NCBI GenBank assembly: GCA_964016885.1
Contig: OZ024742.1
Coordinates: 347,324,001-347,388,000 of the forward strand
Direction: 5' to 3'
Length of the DNA: 64,000 bases
Origin: Eledone cirrhosa
Lineage: Eukaryota
The notes beneath the pieces were generated by a model, which was not told the DNA's origin, ran no database searches, and saw nothing but the letters and a program-made list of their open reading frames with translations. Of the stretch, positions 55,966-64,000 are shown one piece after another (positions within the stretch are counted from its first letter, which is position 1; each line of letters opens with the position of its first letter). Position numbers and translations under genes: made by a program.

Positions 55966-57185
55966 TAATAGATACAAAACTACTAATTATATATATATAT
56001 TTTATTTCTGCCATAGAATTCAACAAAACGATGTAACAATAGATACACATCATCATCATCATTATCGTCTAACGTCCATCTTACACGCTAGCATGGGTTA
56101 GACGGTTTTGTTCCATTTGATGCAGGAATGGTTGAGAGACCGTGTCTCACTCGCACGGAAACGTCTCTGGCAGGTTCTGGCAGGTTTTTTACAGCTGGAT
56201 ACCGTTCCTAACACCAACCACATTTACAGTGTAGACCGGGAGCCTTTTCACCGTGTCTCTTACACGGCCACCTTACAGTGTGGACTGTTGTGTGATCGAC
56301 ACAGTTGATGGAACGGCAGAGGGAGGTATACATGTTTAATAGATAAACATGTTTAGTATTGACCCCGAAAGGATGAAAGGTAAAGTTGACATCAGTGAAA
56401 TTTGAACTTATAGCTCAGAGCTGGAAGAGATACCAAGGCATTTAATCCAACTCTCTGACAACTCTACCAATCTATCACCTACGTCTACTACATGTGACAG
56501 TTTAACATGGGAAATTCCATTAGAACAGTGATTCTGAAACAGGGATGGGGGGGGGTCATAGGGGAGGAATTTGGGATCAGCATCATCATCATCGTTTAAC
56601 ATCTATCTTCCACGCTAGCATGGGTTAGACGAGAGTTGTCCCACTTGAGGCAAGATTGGTCGGGTGACTGTCTCGCTCGTATAGGACTTTCTGGCAGGTT
56701 TTCTACGGCTGGATGCCCCTCCTAACACCAACCACATTTACAGTGTGGATTGGGAACTTTTTATCATGTTACCTACACGGCCACATTACAGCATGCACTG
56801 TGTGGGTTTTTTTTTGTCGTGACACCTACACGATCTCATTAGTTTGGACTGGATGCTGTGGTACCAACATAATGGGATGGGAATTCAAACTAGAAAAGAG
56901 TGTACATTGTGTTTATATATTAAATGAAACACCAATATACTCAACTATAAATCTTGAATTAACAGTTCACAAAAAAGACTACTGCTTCAGACTTAATCTT
57001 GTTAATATGGTGACCAGGAGAAAAAATACCAGACGACAATTTAATTTGGGGAGAAATTGAGGAAACCTAGGATTGCAAAAGGAGGAATGTGACCTGAGTC
57101 TCTGAGAACCACTATATTAGAACTTGTGAGAGGCCAGCAGAACATGTAAGAATCTAGTGTATCAAGAAAACAAAGACAAACTTAC

Positions 57186-57279
57186 GATATGCAAGTGTCT
57201 TGTGCTGGTTGCTTAAATCTTTCAGTTCATTTGATACAAAATTCTTCATGGCACCAACTGTGGTCAGAGAATGTCTTTT
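57186..57279 (-). CDS. VPS33B: VPS33B-like exon: KRHSLTTVGAMKNFVSNELKDLSNQHKTLAY(H)
   Basis: CAG/GTAAGT, 94 nt phase 0 to 1; MKNFVSxEL motif. Confidence 0.9.
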
Positions 57280-58333
57280 CTGAAATGAAATCATTTGAAT
57301 AATAAATACACATGTGGACAAAGACAACACAAAATATAACCAAAGTAGTGTTCAAAAATAATAATAATTGTTTCTGATTTAGGCACAAGGTCAACAATTT
57401 GGGGGGAGTGGAAAGTCGATTAAATCAACCCAGTGTGTTACTGGTACTTTATTTTATCAACCTCATAAGGATGAAAGGCAAAACTAATATCAGTGGGATT
57501 TCTTTATTAACCACGAAGTCATCACATGAAGAAAACATTAAAGACAGCACAGGATAATAGAGGTGGTATTTTTTTATGTGTAAAAATATACTAACAAAAA
57601 CATGTAAAATAGAAACAAAAGAAAATTCCCCAATAGAGCAGAGACTTGTGAGGGTTACTTGTAAAGAAATCCTACAAAATGCCATGGCCACTTTGACCAC
57701 TAGGTCAAGTGATCTCTCCAAGTTGTCCTTACTCAGAGCAGATCCATTGATTCAGACCATGCCCACAACTCTCACCCATGTTTCAACTAACTGGAAGGTA
57801 CCAATACTTCCTTGATTTTCCTCTTCAAGTGAAACTTCAAAAAGTTAATCATGGCTTCCACCACACAACTTCTTTTGCCATGGCCACAGGGAAGATGGTG
57901 AACCTATCTTCATGATGGGGTCAGCCAAAAGCAAGATCTATCCTACACCAGCATTAGGAAGATTGTCATATCCTCAACACAACTGAAGAGTCCTCTTAAC
58001 TATTTGGGACTGATTTCTACTGCAGGATGCCCTCCTAACACCAACCACTCTACAGAGTGTACTACGTACCTTTTATGATAGCATCAGCACTAGAGAGGTT
58101 GCTTTGTCCTTAACACAACTGAAGAGTCCATGCTTTGTGGCATATAGTTACAACCCTTTGAATTCTGAGTTCAAATTCTGTCAATGTTAGCTTTGCCTTT
58201 CATCCTCGCAGGGTTGATAGAATAAAGTACCAGTAATGCACTAGTGTCGATTTAATCGACTTTCCCCTTCCCCTGTGCCTAAATCAGAATATTTATATAT
58301 ATTTAAGTATATTTTTTTTATTATAATACTCAC

Positions 58334-58420
58334 ATCGTAACCACTTTGGACCTCTTTCACTTTCCAACTGAGAAACTCAAAAACAGTACAAAAATGTTTG
58401 TTTCTTATTTGGTCATATAT
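58334..58420 (-). CDS. VPS33B: VPS33B-like exon: IYDQIRNKHFCTVFEFLSWKVKEVQSGYD
   Basis: CAG acceptor, GTGAGT donor, 87 nt phase 0-0; IRNxHF motif of the Vps33 family. Confidence 0.9.
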
Positions 58421-58695
58421 CTGCAAAAGAGAAAGGAAACTTTGGTTGAAGAGAGCATTTTTAAAAATTGTCTTTCTCGTCTTTGTATTGAATATGTTTT
58501 ACTATATCAATACATGGATTACAACAACAAGCATTTCAAGGTTATTTTCCTCATCCATTGCTAGAGCTCATTATTTTCAGCTGATTGGACTAAAGCAATG
58601 TGAAATGAAGTCTCTTGCCCAAGGCTACAATGCACTCACTCTCCAGTCCAGGAACTTTATGATTGTGAGTTCAACACTATAACCACAAGGGTACA

Positions 58696-58942
58696 TGTCT
58701 TCACATAGTCTCAATGATATACTATAGTGTGAAACACACTGTAGCCAAAGCTTCCTATGTCTTAACATAGTCTCAATGATACACTATAGTGTGAAACACA
58801 CTGTAACCGTAGCTTCCCCTGTCTTCACATAGTCTCAATGAAATACTATAGTGTGAAACACACTGTAGCAGTATCTTCTTATGTCTTCACATAGTTTCAA
58901 TGACACACTATAGTGTGAAACATACTGTAACAGTAGCTTCCC
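58696..58942. repeat. 62-bp tandem repeat, 4 copies
   Basis: Units start at 58696, 58758, 58820 and 58882. Confidence 0.9.
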
Positions 58943-59206
58943 AACAAATCAACTCCTTCACTTCCTTTCATTTCCCTTAGATATTATTGCACCAATGGGG
59001 AAAGGCATGAATGTCCTAACTGCTCATTTCTTCCACTTTCTGCTATATGTAACATGTTTCAAGAGCTATGTAGATAATATACTTACTTCATCTTGCCTAG
59101 ACAACAAACCAAGGCAGCTAATCAACACATTGTTTAGCTGGTGTATATAAGCCTACTTTACTATCAATGTTTTAGTCAAATATTCCTTGGTTTATATCCA
59201 AGTATA

Positions 59207-59737
59207 CAAGGGGGTTTCAAAAAGTTCGTAAAAAAAGGACAGTAGGAAAAAGTTATGATGTTTATTTTTCAACATATGCTCCATCTAGGTCAATACACTT
59301 CTGCAAACGTTGACACCAGCCTTTAATTCCATGTGTAATACCGTGGACCATGAGATTTAAACCATGTCAAAGCAGCTTTTTTTTACATCTGCAACTGGGG
59401 ATCATCTTCAACCTTATCTCTTCCACTTCTAAAACAACTTATCCATTTGTAGGTTGCTGATTTCTTTGGGGCATTGACCCAATAAACTTGCTCCAGAGTG
59501 TCAGTGATTTGGCTGCTCTTCCACCCTAGCTTCACCATAAATTTGATGGAAGCCATGTTGCTCGAGCGGGTGGCGATTTCTGAATGGTGGCGCCATGCTG
59601 CAACATGCATTTAAGGGTTCATGTTAGAACATGGTATGCTACGTTAGTACAAGAACGTACAGATACATTGAGATCAAAATCTCTGCATATGATTTTTAAC
59701 TTTATACTTTTTCCACAAACTTTTTGAAGTCCCCTCG
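59207..59737 (-). mobile_element. Internally deleted mariner-type DNA transposon
   Basis: TIRs CAAGGGGGTTTCAAAAAGTT / AACTTTTTGAAGTCCCCTCG; left TA; HTH peptide IKFMVKLGWKSSQI...VY...TYKWISCFRSGRDKVEDDP. Confidence 0.85.
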
Positions 59738-59754
59738 TGCAATAATCTACTTAC

Positions 59755-59828
59755 TTCATCTTGACTCGACAACAGTACTCTTGTTGGTTTGTCTTTGCCT
59801 GTGATTTCTTTGGTAAACTCTATATAAC
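59755..59828 (-). CDS. VPS33B: VPS33B-like coding exon (most 5' exon in window): (G)YIEFTKEITGKDKPTRVLLSSQDE
   Basis: AG acceptor (ct at 59829-30) and GTAAGT donor; 74 nt, phase 1 to 0; resembles the VPS33B region before the VFNEIRNEHF motif as I recall it. Confidence 0.85.
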
Positions 59829-60059
59829 CTGGAGAATTACAAGACAGGACACATTGAGATATCATTGATAGCAAGGTGATGATCATAATGATTTTCATGG
59901 TAATGATGATGATGATGGTGGTGGTAGTGGTTGTCGAGCTGTTGGTGGTGGTAGTAGTGGTGGTTGTATCAATGGTGGTGGTGGTGGTGTGGGCTATGGT
60001 GATGGTAGTGTAGGTGATGTCAATGGTGGTGGTGGCTTGGTCAATGGTGGTGGTGGTGG

Positions 60060-63000
60060 TGGTGGCTATGTCAGTAGTGGTGGTGGAGATGTTGGCTGTG
60101 GTGGAGGTGTTGGCTATGTCAGTGGTGGTGGAGATGTTGGCTGTGGTGGAGGTGTGGGCTATGTCAGTCGTGGTGGTGGAGATGTTGGCTGTGGTGGTGG
60201 TGGTGGCTATGTCAGTAGTGGTGGAGATGTTGGCTGTGGTGATGGCTATGTCAGTAGTGGTGGTGGAGATGTTGGCTGTGGTGGAGGTGTTGGCTATGTC
60301 AGTAGTGGTGGTGGAGATGTTGGCTGTGGTGGAGGTGTTGGCTATGTCAGTGGTGGGGGTGGAGATGTTGGCTGTGGTGGAGGTGTTGGCTATGTCAGTG
60401 GTGGTGGAGATGTTGGCTGTGGTGGAGGTGTTGGCTATGTCAGTGGTGGTGGAGATGTTGGCTGTGGTGGAGGTGTTGGCTATGTCAGTGGTGGTGGTGG
60501 AGATGTTGGCTGTGGTGGTGGTGTTGGCTATGTCAGTGGTGGTGGAGTGTTGGCTGTGGTGGAGGTGTTGGCTATGTCAGTGGTGGTGGTGGAGATGTTG
60601 GCTGTTGTGGAGGTGTTGGCTATGTCAGTGGTGGTGGAGATGTTGGCTGTGGTGGAGGTGTTGGCTATGTCAGTGGTGGTGGTGGAGATGTTGGCTGTGG
60701 AGGAGGTGTTGGCTATGTCAGTAGTGGTGGTGGAGATGTTGGCTGTGGTGGTGGTGTTGGCTATGTCAGTGGTGGTGGAGATGTTGGCTGTGGTGGAGGT
60801 GTTGGCTATGTCAGTGGTGGTGGTGGAGATGTTGGCTGTGGTGGAGGTGTTGGCTATGTCAGTGGTGGTGGTGGAGATGTTGGCTGTGGTGGAGGTGTTG
60901 GCTATGTCAGTGGTGGTGGTGGAGATGTTGGCTGTGGTGGAGGTGTTGGCTGTGGTGGTGGTGGTGGAGATGTTGGCTGTGGTGGAGGTGTTGGCTATCT
61001 CAGTGGTGGTGGAGATGTCGGCTGTGGTGGAGGTGTTGGCTATGTCAGTGGTGGTGGAGATGTTGGCTGTGGTGGAGGTGTTGGCTATGTCAGTAGTGGT
61101 GGAGATGTTGGCTGTGGTGGAGGTTTTGGCTATGTCAGTGGTGGTGGAGGTGTTGGCTGTGGTGGAGGTGTTGGCTATCTCAGTGGTGGTGGTGGAGATG
61201 TTGGCTGTGGTGGAGGTGTTGGCTATGTCAGTGGTGGTGGTGGAGATGTTGGCTGTGGTGGAGGTGTTGGCTATGTCAGGGTGGTGGAGATGTTGGCTGT
61301 GGTGGAGGTGTTGGCTATGTCAGTGGTGGTGGTGGAGATGTTGGCTGTGGTGGAGGTGTTGGCTATGTCAGTGGTGGTGGAGATGTTGGCTGTGGTGGAG
61401 GTGTTGGCTATGTCAGTGGTGGTGGAGATGTTGGCTGTGGTGGAGGTGTTGGCTATGTCAGTGGTGGTGGTGGAGATGTTGGCTGTGGTGGAGGTGTTGG
61501 CTATGTCAGTGGTGGTGGTGGTGGTGGAGATGTTGGCTGTGGTGGAGGTGTTGGCTATGTCAGTGGTGGTGGTGGTGGTGGAGATGTTGGCTGTGGTGGA
61601 GGTGTTGGCTATGTCAGTGGTGGTGGTGGAGATGTTGGCTGTGGTGGATGTGTTGGCTATGTCAGTGGTGGTGGTGGAGATGTTGGCTATATCAGTGATG
61701 GTGGAGATGTTGGCTGTGGTGGAGGTGTTGGCTATGTCAGTGGTGGTGGTGGAGATGTTGGCTGTGGTGGAGGTGTTGGCTATGTCAGTAGTGGTGGTGG
61801 AGATGTTGGCTGTGGTGGAGGTGTTGGCTATCTCAGTGGTGGTGGTGGAGATGTTGGCTGTGGTGGAGGTGTTGGCTATGTCAGTGGTGGTGGTGGAGAT
61901 GTTGGCTGTAGTGGAGGTGTTGGCTATGTCAGTGGTGGTGGAGATGTTGGCTGTGGTGGAGGTGTTGGCTATGTCAGTGGTGGTGGTGGAGATGTTGGCT
62001 GTGGTGGAGGTGTTGGCTATGTCAGTGGTGGTGGAGATGTTGGCTGTGGTGGAGGTGTTGGCTATGTCGGTGGTGGTGGAGATGTTGGCTGTGGTGGAGG
62101 TGTTGGCTATGTCAGTGGTGGTGGTGGAGATGTTGGCTGTGTTGGAGGTGTTGGCTATGTCAGTGGTGGTGGTGGAGATGTTGGCTGTGGTGGAGGTGTT
62201 GGCTATGTCAGTGGTGGTGGTGGAGATGTTGGCTGTGGTGGAGGTGTTGGCTATGTCAGTGGTGGTGGTGGAGATGTTGGCTGTGGTGGAGGTGTTGGCT
62301 ATGTCGGTGGTGGTGGAGATGTTGGCTGTGGTGGAGGTGTTGGTTATGTCAGTGGTGGTGGAGATGTTGGCTGTGGTGGAGGTGTTGGCTATGTCAGTGG
62401 TGGTGGTGGAGATGTTGGCTGTGGTGGAGGTGTTGGCTATGTCAGTAGTGGTGGAGATGTTGGCTGTGGTGGAGGTGTTGGCTATGTCAGTGGTGGTGGT
62501 GGAGATGTTGGCTGTGGTGGAGGTGTTGGCTATGTCGGTGGTGGTGGAGATGTTGGCTGTGGTGGAGGTGTTGGCTATGTCAGTGGTGGTGGTGGAGATG
62601 TTGGCTGTGGTGGAGGTGTTGGCTATGTCAGTGGTGGTGGTGGAGATGTTGGCTGTGGTGGAGGTGTTGGCTGTGGTGGTGGTGGTGGAGATGTTGGCTG
62701 TGGTGGAGGTGTTGGCTATGTCAGTAGTGGTGGTGGAGATGTTGGCTGTGGTGGAGGTGTTGGCTATGTCAGTAGTGGTGGTGGAGATGTTGGCTGTGGT
62801 GGAGGTGTTGGCTATGTCAGTGGTGGTGGTGGAGATGTTGGCTGTGGTGGAGGTGTTGGCTATGTCAGTGGTGGTGGTGGAGATGTTGGCTGTGGTGGAG
62901 GTGTTGGCTGTGGTGGTGGTGGTGGAGATGTTGGCTGTGGTGGAGGTGTTGGCTATGTCAGTGGTGGTGGTGGAGATGTTGGCTGTGGTGGAGGTGTTGG

Positions 63001-64000
63001 CTGTGGTGGTGGTGGTGGAGATGTTGGCTGTGGTGGAGGTGTTGGCTATGTCAGTAGTGGTGGTGGAGATGTTGGCTGTGGTGGAGGTGTTGGCTATGTC
63101 AGTAGTGGTGGTGGAGATGTTGGCTGTGGTGGAGGTGTTGGCTATGTCAGTGGTGGTGGAGATGTTGGCTGTGGTGGAGGTGTTGGCTATGTCAGTGGTG
63201 GTGGTGGAGATGTTGGCTGTGGTGGAGGTGTTGGCTATGTCAGTGGTGGTGGAGATGTTGGCTGTGGTGGAGGTGTTGGCTATGTCAGTGGTGGTGGTGG
63301 TGGTGGAGATGTTGGCTGTGGAGGAGGTGTTGGCTATGTCAGTGGTGGTGGTGGAGATGTTGGCTGTGGTGGAGGTGTTAGCTATGTCAGTGGTGGTGGT
63401 GGAGATGTTGGCTGTGGTGGAGGTGTTGGCTATGTCAGTGGTGGTGGAGATGTTGGCTGTGGTGGAGGTGTTGGCTATGTCAGTGGTGGTGGTGGTGGTG
63501 GAGATGTTGGCTGTGGAGGAGGTGTTGGCTATGTCAGTGGTGGTGGTGGAGATGTTGGCTGTGGTGGAGGTGTTAGCTATGTCAATGGTGGTGGAGATGT
63601 TGGCTGTGGTGGAGGTGTTGGCTATGTCACTGGTGGTGGTGGAGATGTTGGCTGTGGTGGAGGTGTTGGCTATGTCAGTGGTGGTGGTGGAGATGTTGGC
63701 TGTGGTGGAGGTGTTGGCTATGTCAGTGGTGGTGGAGATGTTGGCTGTGGTGGAGGTGTTGGCTATGTCAGTGGTGGTGGTGGAGATGTTGGCTGTGGTG
63801 AAGGTGTTGGCTATGTCAGTGGTGATGGTGGAGATGTTGGCTGTGGTGGAGGTGTTGGCTATGTCAGTGGTGGTGGTGGAGATGTTGGCTGTGGTGGAGG
63901 TGTTGGCTATGTCAGTGGTGGTGGAGATGTTGGCTGTGGTGGAGGTGTTGGCTATGTCAGTGGTGGTGGTGGAGATGTTGGCTGTGGTGGAGGTGTTGGC
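60060..64000. repeat. Intronic G/T-rich minisatellite, ~45-54 bp unit GGAGATGTTGGCTGTGGTGGAGGTGTTGGCTATGTCAGT(GGT)n, running off the window
   Basis: Read directly; grades in from a (GGT)n/(GAT)n tract at ~59880-60060. Confidence 0.97.

Noticed and set aside
59989-61698. 569-aa Gly-rich or Val-rich ORF resembling a structural protein
   Set aside because: It is a translation of the minisatellite, switches between three repeat frames, has no signal peptide, and lies antisense within a VPS33B intron

Overview
Repeat-rich, AT-rich eukaryotic (animal) genomic DNA. The (TA)n, SINE and RTE landscape resembles an octopod cephalopod, which is an inference. The only host gene is the 3' half of a VPS33B-like Sec1/Munc18 gene on the minus strand: 11 coding exons from 59828 down to the stop at 9306, all GT-AG and phase-compatible. 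Its ~39.4 kb intron (13161-52557) holds a 12.6 kb 56-bp satellite that appears to derive from an RTE/SINE tail. The same intron holds a ~24 kb chain of retroelements inserted at (TA)n tracts: Penelope-like elements (one with an intact 813-aa RT+GIY-YIG ORF, Naiad-like) and an RTE LINE interrupted by a Tx1-like fragment with a 15-bp TSD. By manual folding I found five sequence-distinct type-I hammerhead ribozyme motifs (seven copies) at PLE or PLE-like ends. One has a U3:A8 compensated core and one has a ~115-nt extended stem II. Most short ORFs in the track are microsatellite artefacts. All calls come from reading the sequence; no searches were run.
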